A stretch of DNA of 32,000 nt, from contig OW818675.1 in NCBI GenBank assembly GCA_942493095.1, positions 840,001 to 872,000 of the forward strand, read 5' to 3'. Origin of the DNA: Candidatus Electronema halotolerans (GTDB lineage Bacteria > Desulfobacterota > Desulfobulbia > Desulfobulbales > Desulfobulbaceae). Of this stretch, positions 1 to 9,187 are shown one piece after another (position 1 is the stretch's first letter; each line of letters starts with the position of its first letter). A program made the position numbers and the translations under genes. The notes beneath the pieces were generated by a model. That model saw only the letters and a list, made by a program, of their open reading frames with translations. It ran no database searches and was not told the origin of the DNA.

Positions 1-22
1 CGTCTGGTCATTGTTCTTCTTT

Positions 23-1345
<1,323 letters not shown>

Positions 1346-1354
1346 TCAGCTATG

Positions 1355-1390
1355 CTTGAAAAGGCCCTCCCTTTATTGGCAAGGGAGGGC
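1355..1390 (-). terminator. Rho-independent terminator downstream of the GGGtGRT gene
   Basis: Perfect 10-bp stem GCCCTCCCTT/AAGGGAGGGC (1364-1373 and 1381-1390) with a 7-nt loop, followed on the minus strand by CTTTTC. Confidence 0.6.
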
Positions 1391-1409
1391 AGGTTTCTTA
1401 CAAGCAGCA

Positions 1410-2408
1410 CTATCCTGCCGCCTGCTGCAAGGCCACGGCCACAGCTACAGAAGCCCCAACCATCGGGTTGTTGCCCATGCCGATGAAGCCCATCATTTCG
1501 ACATGCGCAGGCACGGAGGAAGAACCGGCAAACTGCGCGTCGCCGTGCATCCGGCCCATTGTGTCGGTCAGGCCGTAAGAGGCTGGCCCGGCAGCCATGT
1601 TGTCCGGGTGCAGGGTCCGGCCTGTGCCGCCGCCCGAAGCCACGGAAAAATACTTCTTGCCCAGCTCAACGCACTCCTTCTTATACGTGCCTGCCACTGG
1701 ATGCTGGAAGCGGGTGGGATTAGTCGAGTTGCCAGTGATCGACACATCCACGCCTTCAAGATGATTGATGGCCACGCCTTCGCGCACGTCATCCGCACCA
1801 TAGCAGCGCACCTTGGCCCGCTCACCATCGGAAAAAGGCTTCTCCAGCACCACGTTCAGCTTGCTGGCCGCATAGTCAAACTGCGTCTTCACGTATGTGA
1901 AGCCGTTGATCCGCGAGATGATGTAGGCCGCATCTTTGCCCAGACCATTGAGAATCACCCGCAGCGGCTCAGTTCGCACCCAGTTGGCAGACTTGGCAAT
2001 GCCAATGGCGCCTTCGGCTGCGGCAAAAGACTCATGCCCGGCGATAAAGGCAAAGCAGCGGGTCTTCTCGCTGAGAAGCCGGGCCGCCAGATTGCCGTGG
2101 CCAATGCCCACTTTGCGGTTCTCGGCCACAGAACCGGGAATGCAGAAGGCCTGCAAGCCAAGCCCCAAGGTGGAGGCAATCTCCACCGCCTTTGTCTGCC
2201 CCTTTTTCAGGGCAATGGCTGCTCCGGCAATATACGCCCAGCAGGCGTTCTCAAAGCAGATCGGCTGCACTTCTTTGACAAGGGCATAGACATCCACGCC
2301 CGCATTCATGCCCATAAGCTTGGCCTCGTCCAAGTCCTTGATCCCGTGTTCGGCCAGCACCGCGTTGATCTTGCCGATTCGCCGCTCGTATCCTTCAAAA
2401 AGTGCCAT
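1410..2408 (-). CDS. GGGtGRT family protein (conserved, function unknown)
   Basis: 332-aa ORF. The eponymous GGGTGRT motif is encoded at 1614-1634 (GGC GGC GGC ACA GGC CGG ACC on the minus strand). It starts 5 nt after the stop of the upstream NifU-like gene. Confidence 0.85.
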   Translation of the reverse strand: MALFEGYERRIGKINAVLAEHGIKDLDEAKLMGMNAGVDVYALVKEVQPICFENACWAYIAGAAIALKKGQTKAVEIASTLGLGLQAFCIPGSVAENRKVGIGHGNLAARLLSEKTRCFAFIAGHESFAAAEGAIGIAKSANWVRTEPLRVILNGLGKDAAYIISRINGFTYVKTQFDYAASKLNVVLEKPFSDGERAKVRCYGADDVREGVAINHLEGVDVSITGNSTNPTRFQHPVAGTYKKECVELGKKYFSVASGGGTGRTLHPDNMAAGPASYGLTDTMGRMHGDAQFAGSSSVPAHVEMMGFIGMGNNPMVGASVAVAVALQQAAG

Positions 2409-2413
2409 GATCG

Positions 2414-3106
2414 TTACTCCTTCCGGGGATCAATTGTTTTGACAGCCTCGGCAAAGCGTCCGTAGGTGCCAGTGGCTTGCGCCAGCGCCTCTGCCGGATC
2501 AACGCCCTTTTTGATCGCGTCCATCATCGGCCCCAGCCGGACAAACTTGTAGCCAATGATCTCGTCGTCCTTGTCCAAGCCCAGCTCCATGATGTACCCT
2601 TCAGCCAGCTCCAGATAGCGCGGCCCTTTCAGGCGGGTGCCGTAGGTGGTGCCAGTGACGGTGCGCAGCCCCTTGCCCAAGTCCTCCAGCCCCGCGCCAA
2701 TGGGCAGGCCGCCCTCGGAAAAGGCGGACTGGCTGCGGCCATAGCTGATCTGGAGAAACAGCTCGCGCATGGCCACGTTGATCGCGTCGCAGACCAAGTC
2801 GGTGTTGAGGGCTTCGAGAATGGTCTTGCCCGGCAGAATTTCCGCAGCCATTGCCGCTGAATGGGTCATGCCGGTGCAGCCGACCACCTCGACCAAGGCC
2901 TCTTCAATGATCCCGTTCTTGATATTCAGGGTCAGCTTGCAGGCCCCCTGATTGGGAGCGCACCAGCCCACGCCGTGCGTCAGGCCGTTGATGTCGCCAA
3001 TCTGACGGGCCTGCGTCCACAGCCCTTCTTGAGGAATGGGCGAGGGGCCGTGGTTCGGCCCTTGGGCGACGCAGCGCATTTCTTGGACTTCATGAGAATA
3101 TTCCAT
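2414..3106 (-). CDS. NifU/IscU-like iron-sulfur cluster scaffold domain protein
   Basis: Start moved to the ATG at 3104-3106 (MEYSHEV...), which is preceded by GGAGAA. The Cys motifs GWCAPNQGAC and VVGCTGMTHSAAMAAE resemble IscU/NifU N-terminal scaffolds. Confidence 0.7.
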   Translation of the reverse strand: MEYSHEVQEMRCVAQGPNHGPSPIPQEGLWTQARQIGDINGLTHGVGWCAPNQGACKLTLNIKNGIIEEALVEVVGCTGMTHSAAMAAEILPGKTILEALNTDLVCDAINVAMRELFLQISYGRSQSAFSEGGLPIGAGLEDLGKGLRTVTGTTYGTRLKGPRYLELAEGYIMELGLDKDDEIIGYKFVRLGPMMDAIKKGVDPAEALAQATGTYGRFAEAVKTIDPRKE

Positions 3107-3354
3107 AGCAGTTCTCCTCGATGATAAAATAAACAGGCCCACATGATACCAGCAGCAGGCGGAAAACGCTACGCTATTTGCACAGCAGCCGTCTTGCCGC
3201 CATCTTGTCTTGACCGCTCAACTGCAAGGTTAAGTTGACTTTTTCCGCTGCTGCCGCTAAGGTGTGCAGAATATGTTCAACAGGCAGAAGCACGAATTCC
3301 CGTTGCATGACATCAGCCCGGCAGGGCTGCTTTTTTGAACAAGGAGCCGCAAGC

Positions 3355-3996
3355 ATGGCAAAGAGCCGCAATACACTTTCTCCGCTGGAGATTCTTCATC
3401 ACGGGCCGGTCATTCCGGTGATTGTGCTGCACAATGCTGATCATGCCCTGCCGCTGGCCGAGGCCCTGCTGGCAGGCGGCATCAGGGTGCTGGAAATCAC
3501 CCTGCGCAGCGGAGCAGGAATGGAAGCCATTCGTCGTATCAGCGCGGAGATGCCGGAGCTGCTTGTCGGCGCAGGAACCGTGCTCTCGCCGGAAGACCTG
3601 ATGTCTGTGGCCCAAGCAGGAGCTAAGTTCGCCATCAGTCCCGGCCTGACTCCATCACTTTTTGCCGCCTCGCATGACGGGCCGATCCCTCTGATTCCTG
3701 GCGTGGCCACGCCTTCCGAACTGATGCTGGCTATGGAGCGCGGCTTCACAGAGCTGAAATTTTTTCCTGCGGAAACATCGGGCGGGGTGCGGACACTGAG
3801 AGCTTTGCACGGCCCGTTTCCCCGGATCACCTTCTGTCCGACCGGCGGCATTTCCCCGGAAAACTGCAAAGAGTATCTCTCCTTAGCCAATGTCGCCTGT
3901 GTGGGCGGCTCATGGCTGACCCCGCAGGATTTGATTGAACAGGAAGATTGGGATAGAATCACCGAGCTGGCAGCAGACGTGAACGCAAAAGGATAA
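3355..3996 (+). CDS. eda: 2-dehydro-3-deoxyphosphogluconate / 4-hydroxy-2-oxoglutarate aldolase
   Basis: ATG at 3355 with an AAGGAG RBS at 3341-3346. KDPG aldolase hallmarks are present: PVIPVIV..., GIRVLEITLRS, GAGTVL, FAISPG, LKFFPAE, FCPTGGIS. Confidence 0.9.
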   Translation: MAKSRNTLSPLEILHHGPVIPVIVLHNADHALPLAEALLAGGIRVLEITLRSGAGMEAIRRISAEMPELLVGAGTVLSPEDLMSVAQAGAKFAISPGLTPSLFAASHDGPIPLIPGVATPSELMLAMERGFTELKFFPAETSGGVRTLRALHGPFPRITFCPTGGISPENCKEYLSLANVACVGGSWLTPQDLIEQEDWDRITELAADVNAKG

Positions 3997-4134
3997 CGCA
4001 TGAGCAAGACCTTGTGGCGGAGTAACTAACTCGCCCCCACTCTGAGTCTTGACAGAAACAACGGATGAAGATTATTCTGCCGGTATGAATTTCAGCATGC
4101 CCGATGAAAAAGAAATCTGTAAGTGTCAGAGACA

Positions 4135-4500
4135 ATGAACCGAGGCAGCAACAGCAAATCGACAGTCCGGCAGACCATTCGGGTGAAGATCACCCGCCCT
4201 GTTGCGCCGTCTTGGGAGACAGACCGATTGCGGGAACATTTTTTCCAGCTCCTTTTCCGTCTGCTGACAGCCCTCTTTGTCAGCACCGCCGCTGCGGGAA
4301 TTTTTCTCCACTGGCGCATTGGCCAGGAACAGGAGATTTTGGCCGGACTGACTGAACAAGACGCAGCCTTGCGCAAAGAACATGCCGCCCTGCTGGCGCA
4401 GCGGAACGAGCTGATGTCAAAGTCCCGGATTGCGGCGGCAGCGGCTGTCCGGCTGGGGCTGCAGCTCCCGGAAAAAGAGCAGGTGCATCGGCTCTATTGA
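4135..4500 (+). CDS. ftsL: FtsL-like cell division protein (single N-terminal TM, coiled coil)
   Basis: Small bitopic protein with a TM segment (LLFRLLTALFVSTAAAGIFL), a coiled coil, and the C-terminal RIAAAAAVRLGLQLP motif typical of FtsL. Its stop overlaps the start of the downstream PBP gene (TGATG). The start is either the ATG at 4135 or the GTG at 4123. Confidence 0.65.
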   Translation: MNRGSNSKSTVRQTIRVKITRPVAPSWETDRLREHFFQLLFRLLTALFVSTAAAGIFLHWRIGQEQEILAGLTEQDAALRKEHAALLAQRNELMSKSRIAAAAAVRLGLQLPEKEQVHRLY

Positions 4501-6425
4501 TGCGGCGCAGGCAGAACGAATACAGCCGGTCGGCGGCAGCGGCGAATCGGCCTGCCGCCAGACAACAGAGCGGAAAACACCGGCTCTGCTGTCTTCTTTT
4601 TGTTTTGCTGGCAGCAGCCGGCCTCGGCCTGCTCCGGCAGTTCCTCTATTTTCTTAACGATGGGAGCCAGCCAGCCCGGCAGCCAGCAGCAGCGGACCAA
4701 CTCAAGGAGAATGCGTCTGCTCTGCCTGCCCTGCGCGGCACGATCTATGACCGGCATCTGCACGAGATGGCGGTTTCCTATCAGCTTTTTTCCTTGCAGG
4801 CCCATCCTGAAGAGCTGGCTGACCGGCAGGCTGAGGCGGAAAAATTGGCCCTGATCATCGGCACAGGCAAGGACATGCTCCTTCAGCAGATGCAGGGCGG
4901 TGACACGGTTGTGGAGCTGGCAGGCAACCTGAGCCAGAAGCAGGCGGCAGAGGCGGCGGCCCTGCATCTGCCCGGCATCCGCCTTCAGTCTGCCGAGGCC
5001 CGCTGCTATCCCGGTCATGCGGCGGCAGGCCACCTGCTCGGCTTTGTCAGTGAGGGCATCGGCCTGAGCGGCGTGGAGGCTCGTTGCGACAGCCTGCTCC
5101 AGCCGGGCGAGTTCCGCAAGGCTGAAGCGCCGGGCATTGACTTTGCCGGACAGGAGAGTTTGGGGGCAACGGCGGCGGACATTATTCTCACGATTGACTT
5201 CACTCTGCAAAAAAAACTGGAGCAGCGAATCAGTGCATATCGCCAAGCCGTAGAGGCGGCTTCAGCTTCAGCCCTTGTCCTGAACATGGACAGCGGAGAA
5301 CTGCTGGCTGCTGTCCGTCAGCCCAGCTTTGATCCGAATTACTTCTGGAAGAGCAAGGAAGACAGCATCCTGTTTCCGCAAATATTTTCCCCGGACCTGC
5401 TCCGTCCCCTGCTGGCTCAGGCAGCGGCGGTGCGGGAGACTGGCACTGTTGCTGCAGTGCCGCCTGATGTGGTCAGTCCGCCTGATCATGGGCTGAGGCA
5501 GGAAGAATTGACCGCAAACTGGCAGAAATTCGGCTTTGATCAGACAGCGTCTGAACCTGAACTGGCATCGCCTGCTGTGCCGCTGCAAAAAACTGAGCCG
5601 CAGAAAGAGGATGCGAAACTGAGCGCAATCCAGATGGCGGCAGGCGCGGCTGCGCTGTTCAACAACGGCAAACGGCTCAAGCTGTGGCTGCTCAAAGCGG
5701 TCTATGATCCTGATCATGAACGTCTTTTTCAGCATGATCCTGATGCTGCCACGCCGCAGCGGATAATCCCGCCTGCTGTCGGCGTGCTGCTGCGGCAGAA
5801 CCTGCTCCATCATTCCCGTTGGAGCCATGAGCAGGGCTTTCTTTTTGGCAACAGAATTGTTTTTGCCGAACCTGTCCGCAACGGCCTACAGCAGCAGCGT
5901 GTTCAGGAACTGCTGCTCCTTGCAGCACCAAGAGAGAATCCGCGCCTGCTCCTGCTGCTGGCCTTGGATTACGGACGGCTCGAACCTCCTCCTTTTGCAG
6001 GTGATGCGGAAGAGGAGGCAGCGCAGCAGCCAGAGGATTTGGGCCGGTCGCTGCTTGCGCTCCTGACTGACTATGCCAAAGAAAAAGACAGTCCCCTGCA
6101 AAAACCGCCGAAAGAAAAGAATGAAACCAATATGCGCCGTTTTTTCCTCAGTCGTCAGTTGAGCCTGCCTTCGGCGGAAGAGGAAAAAGCGGCTGACAGC
6201 AGCGGCGGACGGATCATGCCTGATCTTAAAGGGTTGAGCCTGCGCAAAGGCTTACAGCGGCTCAATTCCTGCAAACTCAAAATTCAGATCCGCGGCAGCG
6301 GCAAAATCCGCCGCCAGCACCCGGCAGCCGGAACCTCTTTGGAGAAAATCGACCGCTGCACCTTGATTCTCAGGCCTGAGCCGATCAAGCGTCTCAGGCC
6401 GACACCGAAAAGGAAAGTGCGCTGA
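4500..6425 (+). CDS. FtsI/PBP2-like penicillin-binding protein homolog with degenerate transpeptidase domain and C-terminal PASTA domain
   Basis: N-terminal TM segment. PBP dimerisation-domain motifs (LRGTIYDRHLHEMA; LVLNMDSGELLAAVRQPSFDPNYF). A PASTA-like C-terminus (MPDLKGLSLRKGLQRLNSCKLKIQIRGSGKI). At the expected EPGSTxKP position the sequence reads IFSPDLLRP (5382-5408), and no KTG/KSG motif is seen. Confidence 0.7.
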   Translation: MRRRQNEYSRSAAAANRPAARQQSGKHRLCCLLFVLLAAAGLGLLRQFLYFLNDGSQPARQPAAADQLKENASALPALRGTIYDRHLHEMAVSYQLFSLQAHPEELADRQAEAEKLALIIGTGKDMLLQQMQGGDTVVELAGNLSQKQAAEAAALHLPGIRLQSAEARCYPGHAAAGHLLGFVSEGIGLSGVEARCDSLLQPGEFRKAEAPGIDFAGQESLGATAADIILTIDFTLQKKLEQRISAYRQAVEAASASALVLNMDSGELLAAVRQPSFDPNYFWKSKEDSILFPQIFSPDLLRPLLAQAAAVRETGTVAAVPPDVVSPPDHGLRQEELTANWQKFGFDQTASEPELASPAVPLQKTEPQKEDAKLSAIQMAAGAAALFNNGKRLKLWLLKAVYDPDHERLFQHDPDAATPQRIIPPAVGVLLRQNLLHHSRWSHEQGFLFGNRIVFAEPVRNGLQQQRVQELLLLAAPRENPRLLLLLALDYGRLEPPPFAGDAEEEAAQQPEDLGRSLLALLTDYAKEKDSPLQKPPKEKNETNMRRFFLSRQLSLPSAEEEKAADSSGGRIMPDLKGLSLRKGLQRLNSCKLKIQIRGSGKIRRQHPAAGTSLEKIDRCTLILRPEPIKRLRPTPKRKVR

Positions 6426-6470
6426 AACGGCGTTTATAGTGCAATGCGCTAAAATTACGTGGAAACACCG

Positions 6471-6498
6471 TGCCACCCACAGGGGTGGCATTTTTTTT
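6471..6498 (+). terminator. Rho-independent terminator after the PBP-like gene
   Basis: Stem TGCCACCC/GGGTGGCA (6471-6478 and 6483-6490), loop ACAG, then a T8 run at 6491-6498. Confidence 0.8.
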
Positions 6499-6504
6499 GT
6501 CGCA

Positions 6505-6684
6505 ATATCAAACCAAGGCGCCCCGGAGTGTCATTGTGACACAATGAATTGTAATTCATGCAAGACTGGTGAATTGTCATAACCCAGGGCGCCCCGGAGT
6601 GTCATTGTGACAAATAATACTCTCACCTGCCATAGTCTATACATGAACGTCATAACCCAGGGCGCCCCGGAGTGTCATTGTGAC
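6505..6684. CRISPR. Orphan mini-CRISPR array (3 repeats, 2 spacers)
   Basis: The 36-bp repeat GTCATAACCCAGGGCGCCCCGGAGTGTCATTGTGAC is identical at 6576-6611 and 6649-6684. The copy at 6505-6540 is 30/36 identical, with all 6 mismatches in its first 12 nt. The unique spacers are 35 bp (6541-6575) and 37 bp (6612-6648). No cas gene is present in the window. Confidence 0.7.
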
Positions 6685-7005
6685 TCTGCCTCTTTTTATA
6701 CCCGTAAATTCAGCTTCCTGTCAATACCATTTTGTAGTACCTCCCCTTCCAGAGCCTGTTTCACCGCCATTTTGCAGGAGGTACTACATTGTGTTGGTTT
6801 TGCCAAATAATGACGCAGATTCAACAAGATAATTCAACAGCGAAAAAGTCGCTCAACCATTTGATCTTAAAAGATTTTTATCTGATTTTACAAGATTTTT
6901 CCCAAAAAACGCTGTTCAGCCCGCTCAAAGGGGTAAAAATAAGGGTTCCTCGAAAAATACAACATCCATTCTGCTGCATTTGTTTTGTTATTTTTTATTT
7001 TAATA

Positions 7006-7033
7006 TTGAAATTTCAGTCTATTATGTTATAAT
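7006..7033 (+). promoter_or_regulatory. sigma70-like promoter of the IS transposase
   Basis: TTGAAA (7006-7011), 16-nt spacer, TATAAT (7028-7033), about 40 nt upstream of the transposase ATG. Confidence 0.5.
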
Positions 7034-7072
7034 TTCGGCATCAATTCAACTCATGCTGCCGGAGATGCACAG

Positions 7073-8086
7073 ATGAACCAACTTGGATTTTTTGATTTTT
7101 ATATTCGTCTTTCCCGAATTGACAAAGCAGGTGATCCTTTAGTTAAGATCAACAAGGCTATTGACTGGGAAATATTTCGGCCAATTCTTGAAGAAGCAAA
7201 AAGAAAGCCTGTGAAATCAAATGCTGGAGCTAAAGGTTATGATTCAGTCATGATGTTCAAAATTTTAATTTTGCAATCATTATACAATCTTTCTGATAAA
7301 GGGATGGAATATCAAATTCTTGACAGATATTCGTTTTCCAGATTCCTTGGACTTCGGGCGGCTGACAAAGTTCCAGATGCGACAACGATATGGCTTTTTC
7401 GTGAAACTTTGACCAAAGCAGGAAAAATCGAGGAACTGTTTTCTGTTTTTGACGAATTTCTTGATGAAAATGGATATCAAGCCAGAAAAGGGCAGATAGT
7501 CGACGCTTCCATAGTCAACGCCCCGATCCAGCGTAACAGCCGCAAGGAAAACAAGCAGATCAAGAATGGTGAACAGCCTGAAGGATGGAGTGAGAATAAG
7601 CAGGCGCAGAAGGATACTGATGCCCGTTGGACCAAAAAGAACGGCAGAAGCTTTTTTGGTTATAAAAATCATATATCTGTTGATGTGAAGCATAAATTCA
7701 TCCGAAAATATGCGGTGACCAGCGCCGAGGTTCATGACAGCAATATTTTTGAGGAGCTGCTTGACCCTGACAACACCAGTCGGGATATCTATGCGGATTC
7801 GGCATACATATCTGAAAAAAAGCTCAACTGGTTGAACGAGAATGGATACAGAGAGCATCTGAACCGCAAAGGAACACGAAGCCGGAAACTGACCGAATGG
7901 GAGAAGCAGGGAAATCGGACAAGATCAAAAATTCGCTCCCGGATTGAACACGTCTTCGGCATCCAGGCGCAACGTGCTGGCAATATGATTCTCCGAGGAA
8001 CAGGTTTCATTCGCGCTGCTGCGAAAATAGGCTTGAGAAACTTGACGTTCAATATTGACAGGTACGGAACTCTTAATAAAATTTAA
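7073..8086 (+). CDS. IS5-family DDE transposase (InsH-like N-terminal domain)
   Basis: 337 aa. The N-terminus (DKAGDPLVKINKAIDWEIFRPIL...YDSVMMFKILILQSLYNLSD) resembles the InsH N-terminal domain. DDE region motifs are present: IVDASIV, DTDARWTKK, YADSAYIS, RSRIEHVFG. Confidence 0.9.
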   Translation: MNQLGFFDFYIRLSRIDKAGDPLVKINKAIDWEIFRPILEEAKRKPVKSNAGAKGYDSVMMFKILILQSLYNLSDKGMEYQILDRYSFSRFLGLRAADKVPDATTIWLFRETLTKAGKIEELFSVFDEFLDENGYQARKGQIVDASIVNAPIQRNSRKENKQIKNGEQPEGWSENKQAQKDTDARWTKKNGRSFFGYKNHISVDVKHKFIRKYAVTSAEVHDSNIFEELLDPDNTSRDIYADSAYISEKKLNWLNENGYREHLNRKGTRSRKLTEWEKQGNRTRSKIRSRIEHVFGIQAQRAGNMILRGTGFIRAAAKIGLRNLTFNIDRYGTLNKI

Positions 8087-8335
8087 GATTTAAAAAAAGA
8101 AACGCATTCAGGAACATATTTCAACGGAAGTTTGCTCAAAATAAATAAAAAACAGGAAATAACAATTTATGTATTTGAAATTTTCAACTGTCAAAGACAC
8201 TATTGATAAGCTGAAAAAACTTTATCTCGAATTTTTCGAGGTTCCCATAAGCAAAAAACGACCTGTAACTGAAAAAAAGCACCGTAACTGCATGGAACCA
8301 AAAACGATTTTGCATTTTTTTCAAAGCCGCTCTTT

Positions 8336-9187
8336 TCACGAATCAGACAATGAACGCATAGCCGCTCGGCCAGCATTTTCGCCTTGCAGCCTCTCCGGGA
8401 GAGAGACAGATGGCAGCGTCATTTCGTCCTGTGCTTTGCCCTCCTTGATGGCAAGAAACGAGGCAAAATTGATCCAGCGGAAATACACTTCCGCCCAGTT
8501 GAAGCCGCCTTGGCGGAGCAGGCTGAGATTCTCCTCAGCGGTGAAAGGAATCAGAACATTTTCCAAGGCCTCGCGCTTGGCTGCGATCTCCAATTCAGAA
8601 TAGCCCTGCTCCCGCTTGAAGTCGTGATAGATGTTGATGAATTTTCTGTTCAGCAGGCTGTGGCCGCAGATGATTTTCTCGTTGAGAAAGAGCAGGCCGC
8701 CGTCAGCAAGAGCCTCATGCAGACTGCTGACAAAGCTCTGCCGGAGCAGGGGCCGGATGAACTGCATGGTGTAGCTGCACAGGATCACATCCGCGCCAGC
8801 TATCTGCGCCGCCAGATCAGGCGAGGTGATGTCCTGCTGCCGGAATTCAATATCTTTGCAGAACATCTCCGCCTTGCGGCGGGCCTTGTCCAGCATGGCA
8901 GGTGCCCTGTCCAAGCCGATCAGGCGCAGGCGCATGTCTGGCAGCAGGCGGGCCAGCTCCAGCAGGGCAGTGCCGGTGGAGCAGCCAAGGTCGGCAACTG
9001 TGCCGCCGGGCGGCGCAAGCTGGCGGATCAGCGCGGCTGTGGCCTGCATCACAGTGCGGTAAAAAGGCACGGAGCGGTCCAGCATGTCGTCAAACACTTC
9101 AGCAACCTGCTCATTAAAGGTGAAATCCTCGCTCACCGTGCCGCTGCTGTACAATCTGTCATTGCCTTGTGTTTCCAAGTGCTTCAT
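8336..9187 (-). CDS. cmoA: carboxy-S-adenosyl-L-methionine synthase
   Basis: Aligns by eye along its whole length to E. coli CmoA (FTFNEQVAEVFDDMLDRSVPFY, DLGCSTG, HDFKREQGYSELEIAAKREALENV). It has a C-terminal extension of about 35 aa beyond the usual end. Confidence 0.85.
   Translation of the reverse strand: MKHLETQGNDRLYSSGTVSEDFTFNEQVAEVFDDMLDRSVPFYRTVMQATAALIRQLAPPGGTVADLGCSTGTALLELARLLPDMRLRLIGLDRAPAMLDKARRKAEMFCKDIEFRQQDITSPDLAAQIAGADVILCSYTMQFIRPLLRQSFVSSLHEALADGGLLFLNEKIICGHSLLNRKFINIYHDFKREQGYSELEIAAKREALENVLIPFTAEENLSLLRQGGFNWAEVYFRWINFASFLAIKEGKAQDEMTLPSVSLPERLQGENAGRAAMRSLSDS

Larger units (their letters stand above)
6943..8246 (+). mobile_element. IS5-family insertion sequence (1304 bp)
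   Basis: Terminal inverted repeats GGGTTCCTCGAAAAAT (6943-6958) and the reverse complement of 8231-8246, GGGAACCTCGAAAAAT (14/16 identical). A direct ATAA flanks both ends (6939-6942 and 8247-8250). One DDE transposase ORF lies inside. Composition is visibly AT-rich compared with the flanks. Confidence 0.8.

Noticed and set aside
4494-5828. 250-aa and 186-aa minus-strand ORFs (4494..5246 and 5268..5828)
   Set aside because: They are antisense to the PBP-like gene and show no recognisable motifs.
6607-7076. 67-aa and 95-aa plus-strand ORFs (6607..6810 and 6789..7076)
   Set aside because: The first begins inside CRISPR spacer/repeat sequence. The second crosses the IS left inverted repeat. 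Neither has an RBS or any similarity.
8169-8603. 144-aa plus-strand ORF
   Set aside because: It starts inside the IS, crosses the right inverted repeat, and continues antisense into cmoA. It is an artefact of juxtaposition.
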